A stretch of 62,011 nt of DNA, filler included. It is 3 parts of 3 records of this genome, joined end to end, with 100 filler letters (N's around TTAATTAATTAA, not from the genome) between each part and the next. Parts side by side here need not be neighbours in the genome. Positions count along the whole stretch, not along the records: positions 1 to 30,204 come from DRR378314_1582; 2 more parts are not named here. One strand, 5' to 3'. This document shows positions 1-12,100 of this stretch, piece after piece; the stretch's first letter is position 1; each line of letters starts with the position of its first letter. A program made the position numbers and the translations under genes. The notes beneath the pieces are model-generated. The model was given only the letters and a program-made list of their open reading frames with translations, was not told the DNA's origin and made no database searches.

Positions 1-52
1 ATGGCAATGCCGAGCCCCCAGGGATGGGTTTACGGCGTGTTTGGGGAGAGGG
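1..52. repeat. Partial interspersed palindromic repeat (REP/MITE-like) cut by the window edge
   Basis: Reverse complement reads CCCTCTCCCCAAACACGCCGTAAACCCATCCCTGGGGGCTCGGC, which resembles an intergenic repeat family I recall from Marinobacter/Xanthomonadales/Shewanella genomes. Only one copy is in the window. Confidence 0.45.
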
Positions 53-93
53 TTGCCGGCCTTTACTGTGCTCCCAAGTAAACGGTCAGGCAC

Positions 94-123
94 AAAAAAA
101 CCGGCCCATCAGGCCGGTTTTTT
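94..123. terminator. Bidirectional rho-independent terminator downstream of rpsT
   Basis: A7-CCGGCC-CATCA-GGCCGG-T6 hairpin with U-tracts on both strands. Confidence 0.9.
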
Positions 124-144
124 CATTCAGGTTCCGAAGAAGCG

Positions 145-414
145 TTACGCGCTCTTCAGAGCCTTGATGCGAGCGCTCAGACGGCTCTTCTGGCGAGCAA
201 TCTTGTTCTTGGCGAACACGCCCTTGTTGACCATGCTGTCCATAATCGGCTGAGCCTTCTGGAAAGCAGCTTGTGCTTCCTCTGGTTTGCCGGCTTCAAT
301 GTTGGCCTGGACCTTCTTGATGTAAGTGCGCGCCATAGAACGCAGGCTGGCGTTGTGCTTGCGGTTTTTCTCGTTCTGACGTGCGCGCTTCTTGGCTTGC
401 GGGGTATTTGCCAC
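145..414 (-). CDS. rpsT: 30S ribosomal protein S20
   Basis: GTG start at 414 after an AGGAG SD; MANTPQAKKRARQNEKNRKHNASLRSM...KNKIARQKSRL is typical S20 (89 aa). Confidence 0.97.
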   Translation of the reverse strand: MANTPQAKKRARQNEKNRKHNASLRSMARTYIKKVQANIEAGKPEEAQAAFQKAQPIMDSMVNKGVFAKNKIARQKSRLSARIKALKSA

Positions 415-514
415 CGTATAACTCCTGAGATCTGTGAAATCCGAAATTCGTGTGAAACGATTCGTAAAAATCGCGGGCGCGCCAAAACCAGCGCGTCGAA
501 ATAAATGACGCGGA

Positions 515-543
515 ACTATGCCGCCAACGCCCCAAAATGTCAA
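515..543 (-). promoter_or_regulatory. sigma70 promoter for rpsT
   Basis: Minus strand TTGACA (543-538), 17 nt, CATAGT (520-515). Confidence 0.7.
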
Positions 544-694
544 GGCTCAACGCTATTTCATCCCGGTATCCCCAAGGCCTGTGGTAAACTCGCCGCTCAC
601 CGATGGAGAGCCCGGGACAGCCCTAGGGGATTACCGAAATCAGTTGCCCTCCGGATACATACCGAAACCGAACAAATCATTGTCCAGGCCAAGA

Positions 695-2275
695 ATGTCG
701 TCCGAACCTGAGCAGACAGAAACACAGAAAGCGTTGCCCAAACCACCAGGACTTCTGAGATCATCCGGGCTTGTGGGTTCCATGACGATGCTGTCGCGCG
801 TGCTGGGACTGGTCCGGGACATGGTCATTGCGCGCTATTTTGGCGCCGGGGCAGGCGCCGATGCGTTCTTCGTCGCCTTCAAGATTCCGAACTTCCTCCG
901 TCGCCTGTTCGCGGAGGGTGCCTTCGCGCAGGCTTTCGTGCCAGTGTTGTCCTCCTATCGACAACAGGCGTCCATCACCGAGGTCCGGCGCCTGGTGAAC
1001 GCGGTCGCAGGCGCTCTTGGCTTGGTGTTGCTGGGCGTGACCGCCGTTGCCATGCTGGGGGCGCCGCTGTTGACGGCCGTGTTTGCACCAGGCTTTCTGG
1101 ATGACGAGCTCAAGTTCGGCCTGGCCAGCGATATGCTGCGTATCACCTTTCCGTACCTGCTGCTGGTCTCTTTGACGGCGTTTGCGGGGAGCATCCTCAA
1201 TAGTTACGACCGCTTTGCGGTTCCTGCGTTTACCCCGGTGTTGCTCAATCTGGCGATGATCGGCGCTGCTATCTTTCTGTCTCCGTTAATGGAGACGCCA
1301 GTCATCGCTTTGGCGTGGGGAGTGTTTATCGCGGGGGCGTTGCAGCTATTTTTTCAACTGCCCTTCCTGATGCAGTTGGGTTTGATGCCGCGGCCAAAAG
1401 TGGATTACAGGCACGAAGGTGTCAGTCGCATCATGAAGTTGATGGTGCCGGCGTTGTTCGGGGTGTCCGTCAGCCAGATCAACCTGCTTCTGGATACCGT
1501 TCTCGCGTCGTTCCTGCAGACCGGCAGTGTGTCCTGGCTTTACTACTCGGATCGCCTGTCGGAATTACCCTTGGGTGTATTTGGCATCGCCATCGCCACA
1601 GTGATCCTTCCGAGCTTGTCTCGAAAACACGCTGCGTCATCGGCGGACCAGTTTGCGGCTACCCTCGACTGGGCTGTTCGAGCTGTCCTGCTTATTGGCC
1701 TGCCGGCTGCACTGGCACTGGCCTTGCTGGCGGAACCGTTGATCGCCACCTTGTTCCACTACGGCGAAGTCACCGATCGCGACGTGACCATGGCGGGGCA
1801 GAGCTTGCGTGCGTATTCTGCTGGGCTGCTGGCGTTCATGTTGATCAAGGTTCTGGCCCCTGGGTATTTCGCGCGGCATGACACCAAGACGCCGGTCAAA
1901 ATTGGCATTATCGCGATGGTGGCCAACATGGTGTTTAACCTGGCGCTGATTTTTCCTCTCGCCCACGCGGGGCTGGCGTTGGCGACATCGTTGTCCGCAT
2001 GGCTGAATACCGCTTTGCTATGGCGCGGCCTGATCCGCGAAGGTGCCTGGAAATGGCAACCTGGGTGGGTTCGATTCATGGTTCAGATCGGGCTTGCCAA
2101 CACCGCTTTAGTCGCTGTCATCCTCTGGTTGCAGCCACCGGTGGACCAGTGGTTGAAGGCGGGTGGTCTCCAGCGCGCCACGGATATGGGTATTCTCGTC
2201 GTCTCCGGCGTTGCGGTGTATTTTATTGTGTTGGCCCTGAGCGGGGTTCGGGTAAGACATTTCCGCCACAGGTAG
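695..2275 (+). CDS. murJ: Lipid II flippase MurJ (MviN)
   Basis: LLRSSGLVGSMTMLSRVLGLVRD...AFKIPNFLRRLFAEGAF signature and many TM helices. ATG 695 preferred to 518. rpsT-murJ-ribF synteny. Confidence 0.96.
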   Translation: MSSEPEQTETQKALPKPPGLLRSSGLVGSMTMLSRVLGLVRDMVIARYFGAGAGADAFFVAFKIPNFLRRLFAEGAFAQAFVPVLSSYRQQASITEVRRLVNAVAGALGLVLLGVTAVAMLGAPLLTAVFAPGFLDDELKFGLASDMLRITFPYLLLVSLTAFAGSILNSYDRFAVPAFTPVLLNLAMIGAAIFLSPLMETPVIALAWGVFIAGALQLFFQLPFLMQLGLMPRPKVDYRHEGVSRIMKLMVPALFGVSVSQINLLLDTVLASFLQTGSVSWLYYSDRLSELPLGVFGIAIATVILPSLSRKHAASSADQFAATLDWAVRAVLLIGLPAALALALLAEPLIATLFHYGEVTDRDVTMAGQSLRAYSAGLLAFMLIKVLAPGYFARHDTKTPVKIGIIAMVANMVFNLALIFPLAHAGLALATSLSAWLNTALLWRGLIREGAWKWQPGWVRFMVQIGLANTALVAVILWLQPPVDQWLKAGGLQRATDMGILVVSGVAVYFIVLALSGVRVRHFRHR

Positions 2276-2289
2276 GTTATAATCGCGCG
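2254..2289 (+). promoter_or_regulatory. Probable internal sigma70 promoter for ribF-ileS-lspA
   Basis: TATAAT at 2278-2283 followed by GC-rich CGCGCG discriminator; weak -35 AAGACA at 2254-2259. Confidence 0.45.
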
Positions 2290-2340
2290 TTTTCTCACCA
2301 GTGAAATCGTACAACGCTGGCAAACAAGGGTTCGCTTTAC

Positions 2341-3312
2341 ATGCGTCTGATCCGGGGCCTGACCAACCTGAAAAGCCTTTCGCAGCAGGACGAAGCTCCG
2401 CTTGCAAACGGGTGTGTCGCCACTATCGGGAATTTCGATGGGGTTCACCTGGGGCACCAGACCATCATCGACCAAGTCCATGAAAAGGCATTGGAGCTTG
2501 GTGTGCCGTCTGTGGTGATGGTGTTCGAACCCCAGCCCCGTGAGTTCTTTCAGGGCCGTGAAGCCCCCCCGCGGTTGATGCCCTTTCGGCAAAAATTTGA
2601 ATCGCTGCTGGCGTCTGGTATCGACTTTGTACTGTGCCTGCGGTTTAACGAACGTTTCCGGAGTTATTCCGGTATGGGCTTTATTGAAGACGTACTGATT
2701 GATGGCCTTGGCGTTCGCCACCTTGTCGTAGGCGATGACTTTCGTTTTGGCTGTGATCGTGCAGGTGACTTTTCGCTGCTGCGGGAGGTGGGTGAGCAGC
2801 GCGGGTATACCGTTGAGAACACCCGCACAGTAACCGTGGAGGGAGAGCGAGTCAGCAGCACCCGGGTTCGTGGTGTGCTGGCCGAGAATCGCATTGTCGA
2901 CGCCGAGGTGCTGTTGGGCCATCCCTATCGCATTCGTGGTCGGGTGGTTTACGGGCGACAGCTCGGACGGCAGCTCGGTGCGCCGACGGCCAACATTCTG
3001 TTGCCCCACATGCCGCCGCTGAGAGGTGTCTATGTGGTCGCTGCCACCCTCGGGGATGGCCGGATCCTGGACGGCGTTGCCAATATCGGGTTGCGTCCCA
3101 CCGTGGACGGCAAACAGCCGTCCCTGGAAGTGCACCTGTTCGACTTTGCTGGCACACTTTATGGCCAGCGACTTGATGTGATTTTTCGCGAGGTCCTGCG
3201 GGACGAAGTGAAGTTTGACTCGGTGGATGACCTCAAGAAACAGATTGCCCGTGATTTTGACGATGCGCGGGCGTGGATTGCAGGCCATGGTTCTCTGGCC
3301 ACCGGACACTGA
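2341..3312 (+). CDS. ribF: Bifunctional riboflavin kinase/FAD synthetase
   Basis: TIGNFDGVHLGH, VGDDFRFG, SSTRVR, PTAN and NIGLRPT motifs. Confidence 0.97.
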   Translation: MRLIRGLTNLKSLSQQDEAPLANGCVATIGNFDGVHLGHQTIIDQVHEKALELGVPSVVMVFEPQPREFFQGREAPPRLMPFRQKFESLLASGIDFVLCLRFNERFRSYSGMGFIEDVLIDGLGVRHLVVGDDFRFGCDRAGDFSLLREVGEQRGYTVENTRTVTVEGERVSSTRVRGVLAENRIVDAEVLLGHPYRIRGRVVYGRQLGRQLGAPTANILLPHMPPLRGVYVVAATLGDGRILDGVANIGLRPTVDGKQPSLEVHLFDFAGTLYGQRLDVIFREVLRDEVKFDSVDDLKKQIARDFDDARAWIAGHGSLATGH

Positions 3313-3347
3313 CCGACATTTAACAACCTGAGCTACGCACCATTACC

Positions 3348-6167
3348 ATGAGCGACTACAAGCACACTCTGAATCTGCCTGAAACCGCCTTTCCCATGCG
3401 CGGTAACCTGGCCAAGCGGGAGCCGGAAATGCTCCAGCGTTGGCAGGATATGGACGTTTACGGCAACCTGCGAAAGCAGCGCGAGGGCCGGGACAAGTTC
3501 ATCCTCCACGATGGTCCTCCCTATGCCAATGGCAGCATTCATATCGGTCATGCGGTCAACAAGATTCTCAAGGACATGATCGTCAAGTCCCGCAGCTTTA
3601 TGGGCTACGACGCACCCTATGTGCCGGGCTGGGATTGTCATGGCCTGCCCATCGAGCACAAGGTCGAGCAGGAAATCGGCAAGGCGGGTGTGAAGGTAGA
3701 TTACAAGACCTTCCGGCAGGCCTGCCGTGACTATGCCACCAAGCAGATCGCCGGTCAGAAGGCCGATTTCATTCGCTTGGGTGTGATGGGTGAGTGGGAC
3801 AAACCCTACCTGACCATGGATCCGAAGGTGGAAGCGGGCATTGTGCGTGCCCTGGGTAAGATCGTCGCCAAGGGGCATCTGGTTCGCGGTTTCAAACCGG
3901 TTTACTGGAGTGTGGTCGGCCAGTCCGCGCTGGCGGAAGCGGAGGTGGAGTATCAGGACAAGACGTCGGTACAGATCGATGTGCGCTTCACCGTCGTGGA
4001 CCAGGCACGTGTGCTTGACCGGTTCGGAACGGACAAGGGTGAGGGTGATGTCTCGGTTGTCATCTGGACCACCACGCCCTGGACCATCCCGGCCAACCAG
4101 GCCGTCTCCCTGCACGCCGAGCTGGAATACGCTCTGGTGCAGACCGATACCGGCCAGGGGCCGGAGCGGATGATCCTGGCGGCCGAGATGGTGGACGGCA
4201 TCATGTCACGCTGGGGCGTGGACACCTACGAGGTTCTGGCCACGGTACCGGGCGCCACATTGGAAAAACTGAGCCTTCACCACCCAGTGTATGACAAGCA
4301 GGTACCGCTGATCCTGGGCGACCATGTGTCCACCGATGCCGGCACCGGCGCCGTCCATACGGCCCCGGATCACGGCATGGAAGACTTTGAAGTGGGCAAG
4401 GCCTATGGCATTGATACCATTAGTCTGGTGAAGGCGGATGGTACTTATACGCAGGCTGCAGGCGAGTTTGCGGGCGTGCATGTGTACAAGGCCGACGACC
4501 CCGTGTGTTCCGCTCTTGAGCGCGAGGGTAAGCTGGTTCGGGCTGAGAAATTCAACCACAGCTACCCCCATTGCTGGCGCACCAAGACACCGCTCATATA
4601 CCGCGCTACGCCCCAGTGGTTTATCAGCATGGATAAGGAAAATCTCCGCGACGACGCCCTGGAAGCCATCAAGGGTGTGCGTTGGGTGCCAGCCTGGGGA
4701 CAGAACCGCATCGAGGCCATGTTCAGGCAATCCCCAGACTGGTGTATTTCGCGCCAGCGTACCTGGGGGGTACCGATTACCCTGTTTATCCACAAGGAAA
4801 CACAGGAGCTGCATCCCGATACCCAGAGCCTGATCGAAGCGGTGGCGAAGGAGATCGAGAAAGGCGGAATTGACGCCTGGTACGACATCGACACGGCCGA
4901 ATTACTGGGCGGCGACGCAGAGCAGTATGAAAAGGTGACGGATACTCTGGATGTGTGGTTCGATTCAGGGGTTACCCATGAGTCTGTACTGCGCCCCCGT
5001 ACTGAGCTGGGGCAGTTCCCGGCAGATATGTATCTGGAAGGCTCCGACCAACACCGTGGCTGGTTCCAGTCGTCCCTCAAAACCTCCATTGCGATGAATG
5101 GCGAGGCACCTTACAGGCAGGTGCTGACCCATGGCTTCACCGTCGATGGTAAGGGCCGAAAGATGTCCAAATCCTTGGGCAATGTGATCGCGCCCCAGGA
5201 AGTGATGAATGAGCTGGGTGCGGATATCCTGCGGCTGTGGGTGTCCGCGACCGACTATAGCGGCGAGATGACGGTTTCCAAGGATATCCTCAAGCAGACT
5301 GCGGATGGTTATCGCCGTATCCGCAATACCGCCCGCTTCCTGCTCAGCAACCTCACGGGGTTCGATCCGGAGCACCACGCGGTGGCGCCGGAGGACATGA
5401 TCGCCCTGGATCGCTGGATGGTCGACAAGGCCCTACAGCTGCAGAACGAATTGCATGAAGATTTCCAGAATTACGCCTTCCTGCGGATTTACCAGAAGGT
5501 TTATAACTTCTGTGAAGCCACCTTGGGCGGATTTTATCTGGATATTATCAAGGATCGGCAGTACACCACTCAGGCCGACAGCCGCGAGCGTCGCTCCTGC
5601 CAGACGGCCCTGTTCCACGTGGCCGAAGCGTTGGTGCGCTGGATTGCACCGATTCTGAGCTTTACGGCCGATGAAATCTGGCAGCATCTGCCCGGGAAGC
5701 GTGGCGATACCGTGTTCTACGAAACCTGGTATGAAGGCCTGACAGCGCTGCCGGACGACGCTGAACTGGGTCGTGATTACTGGAGCCGCATCTTCAGTGT
5801 TAAAGAAGCGGTGAACAAGTGCCTGGAGGAGGCCCGTGGCCGGGGAGAGATCAAGGGGTCCCTGAGTGCAGAAGTGACTCTCTACTGCGAAGGCGATCTT
5901 GCGAAGGATCTTCAGTATCTTGGTGACGAGTTGCGCTTTGTGCTGATCACTTCAGAAGCCACAGTAGCGCCAGTGTCTGACGCGGGGGACGCGGAGCCAA
6001 CGTCCTACGAAGGATTACTTGTTAAAGCAAACCCAGCCGGGCACAGCAAGTGTGAGCGTTGCTGGCACCATCGGCCCGATGTCGGTCAGAGTGAGCAGTA
6101 CAGCGATCTTTGTGGTCGCTGTGTGACCAACGTGGAAGGGCAGGGCGAATCCCGCTCCTTTGCCTGA
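3348..6167 (+). CDS. ileS: Isoleucine--tRNA ligase
   Basis: [28 protein letters not shown] and C-terminal zinc finger CERCW...CGRC. Confidence 0.99.
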   Translation: MSDYKHTLNLPETAFPMRGNLAKREPEMLQRWQDMDVYGNLRKQREGRDKFILHDGPPYANGSIHIGHAVNKILKDMIVKSRSFMGYDAPYVPGWDCHGLPIEHKVEQEIGKAGVKVDYKTFRQACRDYATKQIAGQKADFIRLGVMGEWDKPYLTMDPKVEAGIVRALGKIVAKGHLVRGFKPVYWSVVGQSALAEAEVEYQDKTSVQIDVRFTVVDQARVLDRFGTDKGEGDVSVVIWTTTPWTIPANQAVSLHAELEYALVQTDTGQGPERMILAAEMVDGIMSRWGVDTYEVLATVPGATLEKLSLHHPVYDKQVPLILGDHVSTDAGTGAVHTAPDHGMEDFEVGKAYGIDTISLVKADGTYTQAAGEFAGVHVYKADDPVCSALEREGKLVRAEKFNHSYPHCWRTKTPLIYRATPQWFISMDKENLRDDALEAIKGVRWVPAWGQNRIEAMFRQSPDWCISRQRTWGVPITLFIHKETQELHPDTQSLIEAVAKEIEKGGIDAWYDIDTAELLGGDAEQYEKVTDTLDVWFDSGVTHESVLRPRTELGQFPADMYLEGSDQHRGWFQSSLKTSIAMNGEAPYRQVLTHGFTVDGKGRKMSKSLGNVIAPQEVMNELGADILRLWVSATDYSGEMTVSKDILKQTADGYRRIRNTARFLLSNLTGFDPEHHAVAPEDMIALDRWMVDKALQLQNELHEDFQNYAFLRIYQKVYNFCEATLGGFYLDIIKDRQYTTQADSRERRSCQTALFHVAEALVRWIAPILSFTADEIWQHLPGKRGDTVFYETWYEGLTALPDDAELGRDYWSRIFSVKEAVNKCLEEARGRGEIKGSLSAEVTLYCEGDLAKDLQYLGDELRFVLITSEATVAPVSDAGDAEPTSYEGLLVKANPAGHSKCERCWHHRPDVGQSEQYSDLCGRCVTNVEGQGESRSFA

Positions 6168-6180
6168 TGGGACCTGAACT

Positions 6181-6711
6181 GTGGAAACTGTAATGAATGA
6201 TGTGGAAACAACCGGTTCCAAGCTCCGCTGGCTTTGGCTGGCGGTATTGGTGATTGTGCTGGATCTGGGAAGTAAGGCTATGGCAACCGCCATGCTGACC
6301 TACGGTGACCCGGTGCCGGTGATGCCGCTGTTCAACCTGACCCTACTGCACAATACGGGGGCTGCCTTTAGCTTCCTGGCCGGTGCCGCAGGCTGGCAGC
6401 GGTGGTTTTTTGTCTCCCTGGCGCTGGTGGTCAGCGTGATGTTGGTGATCTGGCTGAAATCCCTGCGACGCGATGAAACCTGGTCAGCGATTGCCATCGT
6501 ACTAATCCTTGGCGGTGCGCTGGGTAACGTGTACGACCGCGTCGTTCATGGCTATGTGGTCGATTTCCTGCATTTTTACTGGAACGACTATCACTTCCCC
6601 GCTTTTAACATCGCCGACACGGCTATCACCATTGGTGCCGGCATGATGATTCTGGATATCTTCCGAAAGCCCCGAGAGCCGGAAGCGGACAACAGGAGCG
6701 ATAATCGCTGA
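6181..6711 (+). CDS. lspA: Lipoprotein signal peptidase II
   Basis: [21 protein letters not shown] and FNIAD motifs. Start may be ATG 6193. Confidence 0.96.
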   Translation: METVMNDVETTGSKLRWLWLAVLVIVLDLGSKAMATAMLTYGDPVPVMPLFNLTLLHNTGAAFSFLAGAAGWQRWFFVSLALVVSVMLVIWLKSLRRDETWSAIAIVLILGGALGNVYDRVVHGYVVDFLHFYWNDYHFPAFNIADTAITIGAGMMILDIFRKPREPEADNRSDNR

Positions 6712-7163
6712 TGAAAGAACTTCCCGTAGATCAGGGCACACGCGTTACGCTTCATTTCGCGTTGAAGTTCAGTGACGGTGAGGTCATTGATTCCACGTTC
6801 GAAAAAGAGCCGGCAACGCTGGAGGTAGGTGACGAGAACCTGCCGGAAAATTTTGAAGCGTATCTGATGGGCATGAAAGCCGGTGATCGTAATAGCTATG
6901 AGGTGCCCCCGGAAAAGGCCTTTGGGCAACATAATCCGAGTAACGTGCAAACGTTCAAGCGTAGTGAGTTCAGTGCGGACATGGTGCTTGAAAAAGGGGT
7001 TATGATCTCGTTCGCGGATGCGCGTCAAAGCGAGCTGCCTGGCGTGGTTAGTCGCGTGGAAGGGGATCAGGTTGAGGTGGACTTTAATCACCCTCTGGCG
7101 GGGCGTACACTGACGTTTGACGTGGAAATTATTGACGTGGAGCCTGTTGGTCAGGCTCATTAG
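6711..7163 (+). CDS. fkpB: FKBP-type peptidyl-prolyl isomerase (SlpA/FkpB)
   Basis: VDFNHPLAGRTLTFDVEI; TGATG overlap with lspA; lspA-fkpB-ispH synteny. Confidence 0.93.
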   Translation: MKELPVDQGTRVTLHFALKFSDGEVIDSTFEKEPATLEVGDENLPENFEAYLMGMKAGDRNSYEVPPEKAFGQHNPSNVQTFKRSEFSADMVLEKGVMISFADARQSELPGVVSRVEGDQVEVDFNHPLAGRTLTFDVEIIDVEPVGQAH

Positions 7164-7259
7164 CCGTATTTTGGTCTGGTAGCTTGGGTGCTTGTCAGCC
7201 TGCGGGAAGAGCCGTCCCACATGCTTCCGCAAACTTGTTTGATATCGCAGGGCAATTCT

Positions 7260-8210
<951 letters not shown>

Positions 8211-8240
8211 CGATGATGGCATCGTTCGTGTCATGCTCGT

Positions 8241-8648
8241 TTACCAGCACCCTGTTGCCTGGGCAGCACCGCGATTGCCCTGTTCATCCAGCGTAAGAGT
8301 CCCACAGTCGTCGGTTGTCTGAGGCCCGGTTGGAACTGCCTGCAAAGTAAACGTATTCCGTGTAACGTTCCCCACGAAGCTGATGTCATAAAAGGCATCT
8401 CCGTTCTGCGGCGACTGATCGAAGGGCAATACAGGGTCATTGCCCGCGTCGCGGTAGTCAAAGCCGTTTGAGTATCGACGCTCCATCCATTGGGTTAATT
8501 CGAGAAGGTCCGACTGCGCAGTTGTTCTTCGGGTTTGCTCCATCTGGTTCTGATAAAGAGGAAGCGCGATTGCTGCAATAATGGCAATGATCGCGACCGC
8601 AATCACCAGCTCAATCAACGTAAAACCTGAGTTCGAGTGAGTCTTCAA
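8241..8648 (-). CDS. pilE: Type IV minor pilin PilE
   Basis: G/FTLIELVIAVAIIAII prepilin site and C-terminal CGTLTLDEQG...CW. TTG start at 8648 after GAGGG. Confidence 0.9.
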   Translation of the reverse strand: MKTHSNSGFTLIELVIAVAIIAIIAAIALPLYQNQMEQTRRTTAQSDLLELTQWMERRYSNGFDYRDAGNDPVLPFDQSPQNGDAFYDISFVGNVTRNTFTLQAVPTGPQTTDDCGTLTLDEQGNRGAAQATGCW

Positions 8649-8695
8649 AATCGTTATCCCTCGTGTGGTTATTAATGGTCGCCATTCGAGCATGG

Positions 8696-9073
8696 TCAGT
8701 TCAGAACTTCGATTTTCTGTACCAGGCGAGCGCCAGACCGTTGATCTGCCACCCCTCCGAGTTCCAGCTTCAGTCGATCACCTTCCACCAATCGTTGGAT
8801 GACCTGCTCTCGGGACCAGGTACCGCCGTTGAAAGTGATGACGCGCTCCAGCACGAAAGAGTAATCGTCAATGACCAGCATGAAGGAATCGGGATGGACA
8901 AAGTTCACCGTTCCTTCAAAAGCGACGTTCCTTAGTGACATCGGATTGCCGTCCACGATTTCATCATCCGCATGCGCGAATGAGGCCAGAAGCCCACTGG
9001 TCATTGCTGTAAGGGCCAGCAGGGCTATGACAAAAGCTCTGTTAAATGGAAGTGGTAGTAAGCGAGTAATCAT
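8696..9073 (-). CDS. Small exported protein in the PilY2 position (PilY2-like)
   Basis: Signal peptide ending AHA, beta-rich ~90-aa mature part, located between pilY1 and pilE. Confidence 0.6.
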   Translation of the reverse strand: MITRLLPLPFNRAFVIALLALTAMTSGLLASFAHADDEIVDGNPMSLRNVAFEGTVNFVHPDSFMLVIDDYSFVLERVITFNGGTWSREQVIQRLVEGDRLKLELGGVADQRSGARLVQKIEVLN

Positions 9074-9132
9074 AGTGTTTTCCTGCTACTCAAATGAAAG
9101 ATAATAACCCGGCGTTTGGGGAGGGCAGCTTC

Positions 9133-12100
9133 TTAACGAAGCTGCTCCCAGGTTTGTCGACCGATGCTTGAGTCCAGAGAGCGGGCGCAAAGCCCATCCT
9201 CGCAGGGGGCGCCCGGTGACAGTTCATTGGGATCCAGCCCTGGTATCACCACTTCTGCATCGCCATCCTCGGTCGCGATGGTACGGTTCTCGCCACCATA
9301 GCCCACCTGAATGCCACTGGGAGCATAGCCTCCTGTAATATCGCCCGCATTAAAAGTGCCATCGCTGTTCAGGTCGAAGACGGGAGTGTCGGACGGAACG
9401 CCGGTGGTCAGTTTCAAATCCATAATGAACCCGGTACGGCCACTTCCGCACGGGTCGTCATCGGGGATGACGGTGGTGAATCGAACCCGGTCCGGGTTAA
9501 CCCCGAACGGGAAGGTAGCACGACTGATAACGCGCTCTCCTTGCTTGTTCGAGTTGTAGGCAAGGTCCAGGTACCAGCCTTGCTGATTGTTTGACTGGTT
9601 GCTTGAGGTTTCCCTGACAGTAAAGCTGTTGGTGCCGCTCCCCGATGCCCTTGTGACAACGATATCTTCCTGTCTGGTGATGGTTTGTTGTACCAGATCC
9701 GTTCGTTCCAGTCCTGACGCGCTCAGGTCGTCTCTTATGGCGTACAGTGTCTGGATGTCATAGTCACCCTCGTCTCCGTTTCGGAGGAAACTACCGGTCC
9801 CGAATGCCGCTACGAGCTCGTCATTGTCGTTGGGGTTGAGCGCGACCCGGGGCGCGACAGTGATCGGTTGAACGTTACCCGCAGGACTCTCGGCGGTGAA
9901 GACTTTGGTTGCATCCCAGCCGTTAGTGTTTCCGGTAAGGTCGAATCGCCAAAGATTACCTAACAGATCACCAGCATAGGCATAACGGGTGATGGCATCT
10001 GTTTCCGGAAAACTGGTGATGGTTGCAGAGGCAAGGCCGTTCGAGTTCGCAGCGCTACCGGCTCCGGTTTGGAGTTCTTTGACGAGGTTGCCGGTTTCCA
10101 GGTCAACAACGAACAGGCTGGATTGACCGCTGGCCCCGTTGTAGCCATTTCCAAAAATGGCTACCCAGGTTCCATTGTCGAGGCGGGAAATCTGCGGATC
10201 GGTAACTCCATATCCGAGATTCGGATGTTGGAACTCCCACAGCACATCATCTGCTGGAGAGAACGACCCTGGCTCGGTTATATCAAGCGCAAAGACTGTT
10301 TTGCCGCCTTTGCCCATAGCTCCCAAAAGCACAGTTCGCCACTCGGAACCGTTTCCGTCCTTATCAATATAGGCATCCTGTACTCGTGGTGTGCCATCCA
10401 TGAAGTATTTGTGGGTGTAGTTGGGCTTCATGAGCTCCGAGATGCGGGCATAGGTATTTGAGCCCGAGGGGAGCAGCAGTTCTGATGGAATGTAGCCAAA
10501 GAGCTCCTTGCCGTTTTCGCCATTAAAGGCGTGCAGTATGCCATCGTTGGCAGGCACATACAGAGCATCGATCCGGCTCTGATATGAGGGCGTAGATCGG
10601 AACGCGCCGTACTTACTACCTTCGGTACCACTAAGCCGTGCAAAGCCGTAGTTGGTCTTGCCGACGAACTGAGGGTTCGCGTTGATTACATCACCCAGAA
10701 GCCTGAGGACGGTATTGCCTCCACCGTCAGTACCCTCTCGGTTTCGGAGAGTTGGATGAGCATCATTATCGCCGTGAAGCCAGGCCAGGCGGTTGTGGCC
10801 GAGGTTGTCCTGGGTCGCATTTAGCGTGGGGTCGGCGTTCAGCGCATCGCGTTGTGCGGCCGAGAGGTTGGAAAGTGAGCTGGCCGATGCGAATTCCAGG
10901 TCTACGCCGGTACTTCCGTTATGGGTAATCAACTTCCGGTCTGTCGGAAGCGTCTGCCGCAGTGTCTCTTCAGCATCCCAGAGCTGCTTGCCCTGGTCAA
11001 AGCTGAACCCTGACAATGTCCCGGACCAGTCTTCACTGCGGAAGCCGGCAAAGAAACCGAGGGAGTCGGCGCGCAAGACGGCGGAACTGACTGCTGCGGA
11101 TGACGCAGATGTCTGGGAGCGAGCGATGACGTCACCAAGGAAGCTCTTGATTTCATCTGCGAACTCCTTCGGGTTCTGTGCACTGGCATAACCCCCGCGG
11201 CCATTGATGGCTGCGTGCAGCAAATCATCGATATTCTGAGGACTGCGATCTGAACCGGGTTCGGGCCAGTTGATGGTAATCCCGTTGTCCGGGTCGAGTG
11301 CTGCAAGTGCATCGGCCTCCTTGATGTCGCCTATGACGCCGAGCCCGATCGTGAAGGTTGTCATGTGCTGCCAGAATGCCGGGTCGGTCGATGTAACGGG
11401 GACCTTGTTGCCAAGGTCTGTGCGCAGATCGTTTTTCCAGTACTGCATGGCCACATCGGCTAGCGTATTGGAGTGTCCATCGGTAAATGGGGACACGGCT
11501 GTGTAGTTGAAATCGGAGCCGTCGGGATCTGGGTTGGTGTAGGATGGTCCCGGCGTATTGTCGACATTTCCAACAGAGGGGTTGTTACCGTTCCAGATAC
11601 CATCAGTCATAATGAGAGAGAAGCTCTGGCGACACTCGATGTGTGCGGTGGTGTCATTGGTGCCCGGGATTTCCCCCCATGGTCCCCGGTTGTCAGTGCG
11701 GGAATAATACTTGCCGACATCCTGGAGCGCTGTTCTCAGAGGGGTGCCGCCACTGACGTTCTTGTTATGAAGCCAGGTCAGGAACTGCTGACGTCGGGTG
11801 GCTGTGTATGGTCGAACGCCACTGACAAGGGTGTCTGTGTCGTTCACACCGTCAATGGTGTTGTTGTTGACGTTGATGGCGCCATAACCTACCCGGATGT
11901 TGTCTGGGAGGTCAAAGAAGGCTTCCGTGATACCGGATTTGGCTGCCAGGGTCCGCGTGCTGTAATAAGAAAACCAGTTTGCGTAATTCTGTTTCACTTC
12001 AGCAGACGCGTTATTGAGCAGAACGGTTGTATAACAGCTGTTTTGTCTGGGGTTGCTGTCGCAACTCGCCGAGGAGTTGAACTGCATGTAAAAACCCTGC

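Noticed and set aside
1-81. Open frame MAMPSPQG...APK* as the 3' end of an upstream gene such as proB
   Set aside because: Does not resemble a ProB C-terminus and overlaps the repeat-like sequence.
518-694. 59-aa N-terminal extension of MurJ
   Set aside because: Overlaps the rpsT promoter and a probable murJ extended -10 (TGGTAAACT, 582-590); ATG 695 fits the family better.
6180-6209. TGTGGAAAC direct repeat at the lspA start
   Set aside because: Only 9 bp, in frame (VET..VET), compatible with chance.
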